Assembly (NCBI GenBank): GCA_963805975.1
Contig: CAWDVR010000001.1
Coordinates: 1-64,000, forward strand
DNA from: an uncultured Acidobacteriota bacterium
GTDB lineage: Bacteria; Acidobacteriota; Thermoanaerobaculia; Multivoradales; SZUA-115
Direction: 5' to 3'
DNA: 64,000 bases
Positions 51,785-61,032 of the stretch are shown here, one piece after another. The position numbers were made by a program, and so were the translations under genes. Positions within the stretch are counted from its first letter, which is position 1; each line of letters opens with the position of its first letter. Below the pieces are notes generated by a model that was given only the letters and a program-made list of their open reading frames with translations, ran no database searches and was not told the origin of the DNA.

Positions 51785-52879
51785 TCAGCGCGGGATCACG
51801 GTGACGAGCACTCGCTGGCGGACCATCAGCCAGTGCAGGGCCACCAGCGAGAGGTTCGCGGCCAGCAGCCGCCAGGGGTGGCCGAGGAGCTCGAAGGGGA
51901 GGTACGGCTCGACGATCAGCCGCAGGCCGTTGAGCAGGATGTGGACCAGGAAGATGTAGAGAGCACTCTGCCCGAACGGCAGCAGCAGCGGGCCGAGATA
52001 GCGGCAGAGCGGCTGCCACAGCCGGTCGGTGACCACGAAGAAGCAGGCGAAGGCCGCCGCCAGGTTGAGCAGGCGCCCGAGGCCCAGGTGCTCGCGGCCG
52101 AAGAGCTCCCAGATCACCCAGGGCCTGGCCTCGAAGAGGCCGAAGGCCAGCCCGCGCTCGAAGAGGACGAAGGCCGCGAAGAGCGCGCACGGCAGGCCAA
52201 GGCCCGCCCAGGCCGGCAGCGAGCGCCAGAAGCGGCCGATCCGCTGCCGGTGGTAGCCGGCGGCCATGCCGGAGAAGAAGAGGAGCTGCCAGGCGATGAT
52301 CTGGAACCCGGCGCCCTCGCCGGGCTCGAGGAAAGGCAGGTGGAGCCGCTGGTCGAAGAGGAGGTTGGCGCCGTGGAGCGAGGCGCAGCCGGCGAGGAGC
52401 CAGGCGGTGTGGCCGTGCTTCAGGCACCACAGGGCGACGGGGGCGAGCGCCAGGTAGAGACTGTAGCGTGGGAGCATCTGCAGGAAGTAGGGCTGGTTGA
52501 AGGAGAAGAGCCGCGGCCACTCGAAGCCCTGGTGCCAGAGGAACGAGGTCGGCAGCAGGCTTCGGACCTCGAAGGCGAAGAAGAGGAACACCAGGGCGAG
52601 GTTCGAGACGTAGAGGTGGAGGCCGCGCTGCAGGAGGCTGCGGCTGGTGGCGGCGAGGCCCTGCTCTTCCATCCGGCGCCCGTAGACGATAGCCGCCACC
52701 GCGCCCGAGATGAAGAAGAAGGCCTCGGCGGCCGAGACGTAGCCGAGCCAGTTCTGCACCGCGTGCAGCGGCGTGTGCCAGAGGTGGTTGAAGATCATCT
52801 TGAGCAGGCAGAGGCCGCGCAGGAAGTCGAGCCGCAGATCACGCGGGCCCGAGTCGGGGTCGTACCGCCAGCTCGCCAT
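51785..52879 (-). CDS. opgC: OpgC-family membrane acyltransferase
   Basis: RDLRLDFLRGL, YVSAAEAFFFISG, LPRY, AWQLLF, GQSALYIFLVH. Confidence 0.82.
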   Translation of the reverse strand: MASWRYDPDSGPRDLRLDFLRGLCLLKMIFNHLWHTPLHAVQNWLGYVSAAEAFFFISGAVAAIVYGRRMEEQGLAATSRSLLQRGLHLYVSNLALVFLFFAFEVRSLLPTSFLWHQGFEWPRLFSFNQPYFLQMLPRYSLYLALAPVALWCLKHGHTAWLLAGCASLHGANLLFDQRLHLPFLEPGEGAGFQIIAWQLLFFSGMAAGYHRQRIGRFWRSLPAWAGLGLPCALFAAFVLFERGLAFGLFEARPWVIWELFGREHLGLGRLLNLAAAFACFFVVTDRLWQPLCRYLGPLLLPFGQSALYIFLVHILLNGLRLIVEPYLPFELLGHPWRLLAANLSLVALHWLMVRQRVLVTVIPR

Positions 52880-53038
52880 CGGGGAAGGGTGGCCGCATTC
52901 TAGCGCTCCGCCGCCGTCTCCCCGGGCGGGCCCGCTGGCCGCGGTGCTATCCTCCGCCCTCGTCGAGGGGAGCCGGCCCGCCGCAGTTTCACGCCTTTTT
53001 CCTGGTCCCACGAGCCTCCCCGCGACCGGAGAGCCCTG

Positions 53039-54508
53039 ATGAGCACCCCTGTCGAGCCGCGCCTGTCGCGCGGCCTGCGCGACCTGCTGCCGGGCGAGAT
53101 GATCGCCCGCCAATGGATGATCGACACCGTGCGCGGTGTCTACGAGCTCTACGGCTTCGTGCCGATCTCGACCCCGGCCGTCGAGTACCTGGACGTGCTC
53201 AAGGGATCGGCCGGGCAGGAGGCGCAGCAGTCGATTTTCACCGTCTCGAACCCGGAAGGCGAGGCGCTCGGCCTGCGCTTCGACTTGACCGTGCCGCTCT
53301 CCCGGGTCATCGCCCAGTACGCCGACCTGCCGCGGCCTTTCCGCCGCTACCAGGTGGCGAGCGTCTGGCGGGCGGACAAGCCCGGCGCCGGCCGTTTCCG
53401 GGAGTTCACGCAGTTCGACCTCGACTCGGTGGGCGTGCCCTCCGAGGTGGCGGACACCGAGATCCTGGCCGGCATGTGCGACTCGCTCACCGCCCTGGGG
53501 GTCGGCGCCTACCGCGTGCGCTTCTCGAGCCGCGCGATGCTCAACCTGCTGCTCGCCTTCGCCGGCATCCCGGAGGGCCGGGCGGCGGACGTCTTCCGGG
53601 TGCTCGACAAGCTCGACAAGGTGGGCCTCGGCAAGGTGAAGCGGGAGCTGACCACCGGCTACGTGGACGAGTCCGGCGACCGCATCCCGGGGCTGGGCCT
53701 CGCCGAAAGCCAGGTGGAGAAGATCGAGCGCTTCCTGGCCATCCGCTCCGAGGCGCGCGCCGAGGTCGTGGCAGCGCTCCGCGAGCTCTTCGCGGGAGTC
53801 GAGAACGCGACGGGCGAGATCGACGTGGTGGAGCGCATCTCGAGCCACCTCGCGGCCCTGGGCTACGGCGACGACCGCGTGTCGCTCGACCTCTCCATCG
53901 CCCGCGGCCTCGCCTACTACACCGGGCCGGTGTTCGAGGCCGTCCTCACCGATGCGCCGCAGTTCGGCTCGGTCTTCGGCGGCGGGCGCTACGACGGGCT
54001 GGTGACGCGCTTCCTGGGCGAGCGGGTGCCGGCGACCGGCGCCTCGATGGGCGTCGACCGCCTGCTGGCCGCGCTCGTCCACCTCGGGCGCACCGGCGAG
54101 CGCAAGGCCACGGCGCGCGTGCTGGTGACGGCGATGGATGCCGGGCTCACCAGCGACTATCTCGCGATGACCTACGAGCTGCGGCGCGCCGGCATCCCGA
54201 CCGAGCTCTACCTGGGCGAGGCGCGGGTCGGCAAGCAGCTCAAGTACGCCGACCAGTGGGACTTAGCCGTCTGCGTGCTCTACGGCTCGAACGAGAAGGC
54301 GGCCGGCAAGGTGACCCTCAAAGACATGGAGGTCGGGCGCGCCAAGACGGCCGCGCTCGCCGAGCGCGGGGCCTGGCTCGCCGAGCGGCCGGGGCAGCGC
54401 GAGGTGCCGCGCGCCGACCTGGTGGCGGCGGTCGTGGAGATGCTCGCCGCGGTCGATGCCGGCCGCGCGCTGCGCGCGGGGAAGCCGGCCGCCGAGGTCT
54501 CCACGTGA
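53039..54508 (+). CDS. hisS: Histidine--tRNA ligase
   Basis: GLRDLLP, LRFDLTVPLSR, WRADKPGAGRFREFTQFD, RGLAYYTGPVFE, GGGRYDGL, KQLKYAD. Confidence 0.95.
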   Translation: MSTPVEPRLSRGLRDLLPGEMIARQWMIDTVRGVYELYGFVPISTPAVEYLDVLKGSAGQEAQQSIFTVSNPEGEALGLRFDLTVPLSRVIAQYADLPRPFRRYQVASVWRADKPGAGRFREFTQFDLDSVGVPSEVADTEILAGMCDSLTALGVGAYRVRFSSRAMLNLLLAFAGIPEGRAADVFRVLDKLDKVGLGKVKRELTTGYVDESGDRIPGLGLAESQVEKIERFLAIRSEARAEVVAALRELFAGVENATGEIDVVERISSHLAALGYGDDRVSLDLSIARGLAYYTGPVFEAVLTDAPQFGSVFGGGRYDGLVTRFLGERVPATGASMGVDRLLAALVHLGRTGERKATARVLVTAMDAGLTSDYLAMTYELRRAGIPTELYLGEARVGKQLKYADQWDLAVCVLYGSNEKAAGKVTLKDMEVGRAKTAALAERGAWLAERPGQREVPRADLVAAVVEMLAAVDAGRALRAGKPAAEVST

Positions 54509-56367
54509 CGGAGATGGATCCCGATCACCGCGCGGGCTGCGACACGGTCGAGCTCGACGGCGACAGCCTGACGATCGAAGTGCTCGCCGCCCTCGCCCGC
54601 GCCCCGCGCATTCCTGTGCGCCTGGCGCCCGAGGCCCTCGAGCGCGTGGAGCGCGCCAGCCGCCTGATCCGCTCGATCGCCGAGCGCTACGGCGCCGAGT
54701 ACGAGCGCTACGAGCGCGGCGAGGCGGCCGAGAAGCCGGTGCAGGACTACGGCATCACCACCGGCTTCGGCGAGTTCAAGGACGTGCCCATCCCGCCGGC
54801 GCGGCTCGAGGACCTGCAGCGCAACCTCCTCCTCTCGCACGCCACCGGCGCCGGCCTTAACCTGGATGCCGACGATCTCTCCAACTACTACCCGCCCGAG
54901 GTGGTGCGCGCAGTGCTCGCGCTGCGCCTCAACACCTTCCTCAAGGGCCATTCCGGGCTGCGGCGCGAGATGGTGGAGGCCGTGGCGGCGATGCTCAACC
55001 GCGGCATCGTCCCCCTGGTCCCGCTGCACGGCTCGGTGGGCTCGAGCGGCGACCTCTGCCCGCTGGCCCACCTCTTCGTGCCGCTGGTCGGACACGGCCG
55101 GTACGTCGTGATCCGCGAGCCGGTCGAGATGGCTTGGGGAAGCACGGTCCGACCGGGCAGGGTGCGGGAAGCGGGCGCTCACCTGGCGGAGGACCTCGGC
55201 CAGGCACCGCCTTCGCCGAGCTTCAAGGAATCGCTGGCGCTGATCAACGGCGCCACGTTCTCGGCGGCGATGCTCGCGCTCGCCGTCCACGACGCCGAGA
55301 CGCTGGCCGACACCGCGGACGTGGCCGCGGCCCTGGCGCTCGAAGCCGTGTGTGGCTGCGCCCGTGCGCTCGATCCGAAGGTCCACGCGGCGCGGGGCCA
55401 GCGGGGCCAGATGGCGAGCGCCGCCCACCTCCGCGCTCTCCTTGCCGGGAGCCGGCTCCTGGACTCGGCCGGCGCCGTGCAGGACGTCTACTCGCTGCGC
55501 TGCGCGCCCGCCGTCCACGGCGCCAGCCGCGACGCCATCGCCTACGCGCGGGGGACGGCGGAGCGGGAGATCAACGCCGCCACGGACAACCCGCTCTTCT
55601 TTCCCGGCGACGACGGCCCGGGCGGGGAGGTCTCACCGCACGGCGAGCCGCCGTGGGACCTGGCGTTTCGCGCCAACTGGCCTACGGGCTACCGCGGTGA
55701 GGATCGCGCTTCGTACTCGGCGGGCAACTTCCACGGCCAGCCCATGGCCGTGGCGGCGGACGTGCTCTCGATCGCGCTCGCCGAGCTGGCCGACATCTCC
55801 GAGCGCCGCACGCAGCTCCTGCTCGACCGCAACCAGAACCGCGGGCTGCCGCCGAACCTGGTGGCGGACGCGGGCGTGCAGTCCGGCCTGATGCTGGTGC
55901 AGTACGGGGCTGCCGGGCTGGTGTCCGAGAACAAGGTTCTGGCGCACCCGGCCTCGGTCGACTCGATCCCCACCGCCGCCAACAGCGAGGACCACAACTC
56001 CATGGCCACCATCGCCGGGCGCAAGCTCCGCACCGTGGCCGCCAACACCCAGGCGGTGCTCGCCATCGAGCTGATGGCCGCGGCCCAGGCGATCGACTGG
56101 CGGGCTGGCGCCGGAGTGCCGCCCCGCCGCAACTCGGCCACCCCGGCCACGGCTCCCGCGCCATCAACACCGTCCCTCGAAGCCTTCCGCGCCGCCACGG
56201 CTCCCGGCCGCCGCCAGGAGATCGCCGCCCGCCTGGGCCGTGGCACCGGCGCCGCCTACCTGGCCATCCGCCACGCCGCCGAGCCGGTGGTGGAGGACCG
56301 ACCACTCGACGGGGACCTGCTGGCGCTGCGGAGGTTGATCGCGGGTGGGGAGGTGAGGGGGGTCTGA
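54505..56367 (+). CDS. hutH: MIO-dependent histidine ammonia-lyase with a Ser-Ser-Gly MIO triad
   Basis: YGITTGFG, LQRNLLLSH, GSVGSSGDL, LALING, VQDVYSLRC, GNFHG, SENKVLAHPASVDSIPT; GTGA overlap with hisS. Confidence 0.88.
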   Translation: MTEMDPDHRAGCDTVELDGDSLTIEVLAALARAPRIPVRLAPEALERVERASRLIRSIAERYGAEYERYERGEAAEKPVQDYGITTGFGEFKDVPIPPARLEDLQRNLLLSHATGAGLNLDADDLSNYYPPEVVRAVLALRLNTFLKGHSGLRREMVEAVAAMLNRGIVPLVPLHGSVGSSGDLCPLAHLFVPLVGHGRYVVIREPVEMAWGSTVRPGRVREAGAHLAEDLGQAPPSPSFKESLALINGATFSAAMLALAVHDAETLADTADVAAALALEAVCGCARALDPKVHAARGQRGQMASAAHLRALLAGSRLLDSAGAVQDVYSLRCAPAVHGASRDAIAYARGTAEREINAATDNPLFFPGDDGPGGEVSPHGEPPWDLAFRANWPTGYRGEDRASYSAGNFHGQPMAVAADVLSIALAELADISERRTQLLLDRNQNRGLPPNLVADAGVQSGLMLVQYGAAGLVSENKVLAHPASVDSIPTAANSEDHNSMATIAGRKLRTVAANTQAVLAIELMAAAQAIDWRAGAGVPPRRNSATPATAPAPSTPSLEAFRAATAPGRRQEIAARLGRGTGAAYLAIRHAAEPVVEDRPLDGDLLALRRLIAGGEVRGV

Positions 56368-56420
56368 GGCTCCGAGGCTTGCGTGATCGAGCACTCGACC
56401 GACCGCGCAGGCGGTGCCTC

Positions 56421-58958
56421 CTACCCTCCCACCACCAGCGTCCAGGCGCTGGTGTCGCCGGTTTCGAAGCCGTCTTCGAACACGTCGGGCCCCAGGCAGG
56501 CGCCGGGGACTTGCGCGTGGGTGAGGGCGAGGTCGTCGAGGTACCAGCCCTCGAAGCCGACGTCGGGGTCGGTCGAGAACAGGAAGCGGATCAGGATCGT
56601 CCCGCCGGCCAGCCCTGAGAGGTCGGCCGCGTGCCGGCGCCAGGTGAGGTCCGTGCCGGTGAACGCCGGGAGGCCGGTCGCGAAGCCGCAGGCGTCGGCG
56701 CTGGCGCCCATGGTGCCGGGGTAGCCCGGAACCAGGGCCAGCGGCAGCCAGGTCTCGCCACCGTCGCTCGAGATCTCGACCACACCGCCGTCGTTGCCGG
56801 CCTCGGTCTCGTGCAGGGTCCAGAAGGAGAAGCTCGACGCCTGGCCGGCCGTGAGCTCGATGGCGCGCGTCGCGAGGCCGGAGCACTGGGTGGCGCCGTA
56901 GGTGCTGAAGTAGCTCCGGCTGCCGCCGTGGACGCGCTCGGGCACGGGCTCCCAGCCCACGTGGCGGAACGGTCCGGTGGTGCCCTCGAGCGGTGGGTCG
57001 CCGATCTCGGCGCCGGCCGCCCAGGTGCCGTCGATGAACGGCCCGACGGGTGTCGCCGAGAGCTCGACCGTGTTGCCGTCCTCCACGCCGTTGCCGGTGT
57101 CGGTCGAGCGCACCACGTAGAACGCCGCGGCGTCCGGAGCCAGCGTGGTGTCGCGGTAGGTGGTGCCGGTGAGGCCCGCGGCGATGCGGTTCGCCGCTCC
57201 CGGCGTGAAGCCGGAGGCCGCGGACCGGTAGACGGAGTAGGTCACCGCCCCGCCGCAGCTCGAATCCGCGGCATCCCAGGACAGGTCCACCGTGCAGCGG
57301 CCCTCGGGGGGCGTGGCGATCTCGCCGAGCCCGCCGAAGGCCGGCGGCGCGTTGCACACGCCGGTGGTCGAGGCCTGGGCGCAGGCGCTGGCGGCCGAGA
57401 CGCAGAGCCCGGTCGGGTCCACGGCGGTCACCCGGTAGGAGTAGGTCACGCCGCCGGCGACCGAGATATCGGGGAACGAGGTCGCGGTAAGGCCGTTCGC
57501 CACGGTCGCGAAGGCGCTGCCGGGGCAGGCACCGAACGAGCGCTCGAGCTTGAACTTGGTTCCGGGCGGCGCGCCCGGTGCGCTCCAGGCGAGGTCGATG
57601 CGGTTGTCGCCGTTCGCGATGGCCGTGAGCCCGGCCGGCGTCGCCGGCGCGTCGCAGAGGTGGGGCGTGAGCACGAAGAGCCCCTGCTCGATGCCGCCGA
57701 CGATCACCGTGCCGCTGTCGAAGAAGGGGAACACGCTCCACGAGCCGTTGAAGCTCGCGTTGTCGTTGGCGGGGTAGACGTCGAAGAAGGCCACCTCGGT
57801 GAGCTCGCCGGCGGCCACGTCCTCGAGCGAGTGGATGCGCAGGCCGCTCCGGTAGTTGGCCTGGTAGACGAAGCCGCCCTTGACGTACTGGTTGTGGTCG
57901 ATCGCCGGCGTGGTGTTGGTGGGGCGGCCGATGATCCGCGGCGCCTCGAGGTCGGAGACGTCCCAGACGTAGGTGCGGGTGTCGTGGCCGAAGTTCGACT
58001 CGTCGAGCTCGTCGTCGAGCAGGAAGTGGACATGGTCCTCGGTGAGCCAGCCCTGGTGCACGTAGCCGCTGCCGGTGTAGCCGGTGCGCGAGATCTGCAC
58101 CGGGGCGGCCTTGGTGGTCACGTCGATGATGGTCAGCGTGTCCTCGTTCGAGGAGAAGCAGATCTCGGCCCCGGCGTGCGCCGTGTCCGGGCCGTGGTAG
58201 GTCACGCACTGGGTCTCGTGGGTGTAGGCGTCGGAGCCCACGCAGCCGGCGAAGGCCGGTGTGGCCGGAGTCGAGACGTTCACCATGTGGAGGCCCGAGT
58301 TGCAGATGTTGGCTCCCTGGCGTGAGCCGGCGGCGTAGGCGAAGCCGGTGTCCTCGTTCATCGCCAGGGTGTGGGCGCGGCCGAAGCCGGCGTAGTGCGC
58401 GGTCTCGGTGAAGGTGACGGGAGGCGAGGGGACGCTCCGGAGCTGGCGCAGGTCGAAGACCTGCATGCCGTGGTCGGTCGCCTCGCTGACGATGAAGGCA
58501 TGGTCGGCGTAGACCTTGAGGCTGCGCCACAGGCTGTTCGAGGAGTGGGTGGCGAGGCGCCCCAGGTAGACCGGGTGGTCGGGCGTCGAGATGTCCACGA
58601 AGGCCGTGCCGTTCGACAGGCCCACCAGGGCGTACTCCTTGCCGGTCAGCGAGTCGGTCCAGCCCCAGATGTCGTTGGCGTTGCCGCCCGGAGCGCCGAT
58701 CGAAGCGAGCGGCAGCACGGCCGCCAGGTCCACGCGGTGGCAGGGGTAGGTGCCGGCGGCGAAGCCGCCGGTGCAGGGCTCCGCGTGGCGGGCCTCGAGC
58801 TCGGCGGCGGGCTCGCGATCGGCGACCAGGGCGAGGTCGGCGGGCGAGAGATCGTCCGGGATCTCGACCGGAGGGGTGGCATTTGCGGCGGGCGCCGCGA
58901 ACAAACAACCCCAGGCAAGAAGCCCGGCCGAGCGGCCTAAAAGTTTAAGCCCCCGCAT
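56421..58958 (-). CDS. Secreted choice-of-anchor-B-like protein (LVIVD propeller, FN3, C-terminal FEDGFETG motif)
   Basis: NDIWGWTD, GYVHQGWL, LDDELDE, AIDHNQY, QANYRSGLR, GSWSVFPFF; ends VFEDGFETGDTSAW. Confidence 0.85.
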   Translation of the reverse strand: MRGLKLLGRSAGLLAWGCLFAAPAANATPPVEIPDDLSPADLALVADREPAAELEARHAEPCTGGFAAGTYPCHRVDLAAVLPLASIGAPGGNANDIWGWTDSLTGKEYALVGLSNGTAFVDISTPDHPVYLGRLATHSSNSLWRSLKVYADHAFIVSEATDHGMQVFDLRQLRSVPSPPVTFTETAHYAGFGRAHTLAMNEDTGFAYAAGSRQGANICNSGLHMVNVSTPATPAFAGCVGSDAYTHETQCVTYHGPDTAHAGAEICFSSNEDTLTIIDVTTKAAPVQISRTGYTGSGYVHQGWLTEDHVHFLLDDELDESNFGHDTRTYVWDVSDLEAPRIIGRPTNTTPAIDHNQYVKGGFVYQANYRSGLRIHSLEDVAAGELTEVAFFDVYPANDNASFNGSWSVFPFFDSGTVIVGGIEQGLFVLTPHLCDAPATPAGLTAIANGDNRIDLAWSAPGAPPGTKFKLERSFGACPGSAFATVANGLTATSFPDISVAGGVTYSYRVTAVDPTGLCVSAASACAQASTTGVCNAPPAFGGLGEIATPPEGRCTVDLSWDAADSSCGGAVTYSVYRSAASGFTPGAANRIAAGLTGTTYRDTTLAPDAAAFYVVRSTDTGNGVEDGNTVELSATPVGPFIDGTWAAGAEIGDPPLEGTTGPFRHVGWEPVPERVHGGSRSYFSTYGATQCSGLATRAIELTAGQASSFSFWTLHETEAGNDGGVVEISSDGGETWLPLALVPGYPGTMGASADACGFATGLPAFTGTDLTWRRHAADLSGLAGGTILIRFLFSTDPDVGFEGWYLDDLALTHAQVPGACLGPDVFEDGFETGDTSAWTLVVGG

Positions 58959-58978
58959 CGTCCCTACCTTTCCCTGTT

Positions 58979-59041
58979 TGTCATCCTGAGCGCAGCGAAG
59001 GATCTCCGTGGTCGGCCGCCCCTCACCAGATCAGGATGACA
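58979..59041. repeat. REP-like doublet, same family as 18141, with an internally deleted right arm
   Basis: tgtcatcctgagcgcagcgaaggatct (58979-59005) ... cagatcaggatgaca (59027-59041). Confidence 0.85.
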
Positions 59042-59056
59042 GCTAAACAATCGTCC

Positions 59057-60619
59057 CTATGTGCCTGGCGAGCCGCCTTTCGCCGCCGTCTCCGGCAGCG
59101 TAGCAGAGGCGGCCGCGACGGCGTCGATGTCCTGCAGCAGGCGATGGTGCCGGCGCTTGACCTCGATATAGGCCGGGTCGTTGGCCAGGTTCTGGTGCTC
59201 GCCGGGGTCGGTCTGGTGGTCGTAGAGCTCGGAGTCGCGCCGCGTCAGCCACTCGTTGTAGCGGTAGCGCTCGGTGCGCAGCGCCCGGCCCCAGAGGAGA
59301 GCGTCCTTGCCGAAGCGGAGCAGGGTCTCGGCGCCCCGTCCGCGGTGCTCGGCGGGATCTCTCAGGTGGCGCACCAGGCTCTTGCCGTCGAGCCCCTCGG
59401 GACGCTTCATGGAGGCGAGCTGGAGGAGAGTGGGGAAGAGATCGACCAGCTCGACCGGGCTCGGCGCGCGCCCCGGCGGGATGCCCGGCGCGGCGATCAG
59501 GAGCGGCACCCGCGTCGTCTCCTCGAAGAGCGTCATCTTCTCCCAGAGACCGCCGTGCTCGCCGAGGTGGACCCCGTGGTCGCCCAGGAAGACGATGATC
59601 GTGCTCTCCGCCAGGCCGAGCCGGTCCAGGGCATCGAGGATGCGGCCGAGCTGCTCGTCCATGAAGGAGACGGCGGCGTAGTAGGCGCCGCGCATCTCGC
59701 GCTGCTCCCGCGGCGGCATCTCCGGGTGCCGCTTGGCGGCGTGCACGGCGCGGGGGGGCACGTCCGCGAGGTCGTCCGGCGGCGCGTCGGGGAGCGCCAC
59801 CTGGTCCACCGGGTACATGCGGAAGAAGCGCGACGGCGCCACGTACGGCAGATGGGGCATCGAGAACCCCACGCCGGCGAAGAACGGCTGGTGCCGCCGG
59901 GCCTTGCCGAGGAGGCGGATGGTTTCGTCAGCCACCACGGCATCGCTCAAATGCCGTCCTTCCTGGTCGCTCACTTCCTGCCAGTAGACGTACTCGAGGC
60001 CGGCCAGGTGGCTTCCCGGTGCGGGCTGCGCCACCGCCTGGACGTTCTTCGAGCGCCAGCCCGGCGCGGGTGGCGTGCGGGAGACGCGGCGGAAGGCGCC
60101 CTCGAGCGCGCTCACCTCGTCCCACTCGATCTCGCCCTCGAACTCAGCGTGCAGGATCTTGCCGGCGCGGAAGGTGTAGTAGCCGCGGCGGCGGAAGACC
60201 TCGGGCAGGAAGGTGAGGCCGGGAACCAGGGCGCGCGGCAGGTCGGCGTTGGTGAAGACGCCGGTCCGCACCGGCCGGAGGCCGGAGAGGAAAGAGGTAC
60301 GGGAAGGGTTGCAGAGCGGGAACTGGCAGTAGGCGCGCTCGAAGAGCACGCTGCGCGCCGCCAGGCGGTCGAAGTGAGGCGTCGACATCTCCGGCCGGCC
60401 GTAGGCGCCGAGCTGAGTGCGCAGGTCGTCGGCGACGATGAACAGCACGTTGGGACGCTGCCGTCCGGCCCCGGGGGCGGGATCCTCTCCCTTGCAGCCG
60501 AGGACGGTCAGCACCATCACCCCCAGGGCGAGGGCGACCGCCGGCGGCCGGGAAAGGGCGTGCCCGGGTGGCGGGAGGCGCTGGGGCTGGGCTCGAAGGA
60601 GGCTCAAAGGTTTGGGCAA
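59057..60619 (-). CDS. Cys-type sulfatase (iduronate-2-sulfatase/choline-sulfatase-like) lipoprotein; start approximate
   Basis: RPNVLFIVADDLR, CNPSRTSFLSG, GKILH, PHLP, GDHG, LWEKM; lipobox VLGC. Confidence 0.9.
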   Translation of the reverse strand: MPKPLSLLRAQPQRLPPPGHALSRPPAVALALGVMVLTVLGCKGEDPAPGAGRQRPNVLFIVADDLRTQLGAYGRPEMSTPHFDRLAARSVLFERAYCQFPLCNPSRTSFLSGLRPVRTGVFTNADLPRALVPGLTFLPEVFRRRGYYTFRAGKILHAEFEGEIEWDEVSALEGAFRRVSRTPPAPGWRSKNVQAVAQPAPGSHLAGLEYVYWQEVSDQEGRHLSDAVVADETIRLLGKARRHQPFFAGVGFSMPHLPYVAPSRFFRMYPVDQVALPDAPPDDLADVPPRAVHAAKRHPEMPPREQREMRGAYYAAVSFMDEQLGRILDALDRLGLAESTIIVFLGDHGVHLGEHGGLWEKMTLFEETTRVPLLIAAPGIPPGRAPSPVELVDLFPTLLQLASMKRPEGLDGKSLVRHLRDPAEHRGRGAETLLRFGKDALLWGRALRTERYRYNEWLTRRDSELYDHQTDPGEHQNLANDPAYIEVKRRHHRLLQDIDAVAAASATLPETAAKGGSPGT

Positions 60620-60721
60620 ACGCCGGCTCCTGAAGGGGGCCGGCGAGAACCGGAAGTTTAGCCCGCGTTGCCACCCGGGGCTCGACGGGTCTCGGAACCG
60701 ACAAATAGGAGAAAAAGTGAG

Positions 60722-60780
60722 TTGAGGATGGAGCTGGGTGACTTTTATGATATTATATGCATGTTTCGATTTATCAGGCT
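60722..60780 (+). promoter_or_regulatory. AT-rich promoter/operator region upstream of the small peptide gene
   Basis: TTGAGG-N18-TATGAT followed by attatatgcatgtttcgatttatc in an otherwise very GC-rich context. Confidence 0.55.
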
Positions 60781-60830
60781 CAGTCGTTGTCGTCGCGCGG
60801 GAGCTAGATCGGTTCAACAGGAGGCGCAGC

Positions 60831-60938
60831 ATGCACCCTCTCCTCGACCTGCTCGCGCAGTGGCTTCTCGCCCTGTCCCCCGACGGCCTGCACCAGGAAG
60901 GAGGCACCAGTGATCCGGTCGGCGGTCCCGGTGGCTAG
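60831..60938 (+). CDS. 35-aa peptide MHPLLDLLAQWLLALSPDGLHQEGGTSDPVGGPGG
   Basis: AGGAGG at 60819-60824, 6 nt before the ATG; mostly GC3-rich codons; amphipathic N-terminus and polar DPxG-containing tail. Confidence 0.65.
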   Translation: MHPLLDLLAQWLLALSPDGLHQEGGTSDPVGGPGG

Positions 60939-61032
60939 CGGAAAGCCGGGGCCAGGCCCTCCATCTCGGCAGTGGACAGTGCGCTGAAGAGCTGGTAGAA
61001 GGGCGCGAGCGGCCGACAAGGCAGAAGCACCG

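Noticed and set aside
51785-54082. 765-aa OpgC
   Set aside because: The N-terminal part is antisense to hisS; the real start is about 52879.
53113-56367. 1084-aa HisS-HutH fusion or extended lyase
   Set aside because: The first ~460 codons are an alternative frame of hisS; hisS stops at 54508 and the lyase starts at 54505 or 54514.
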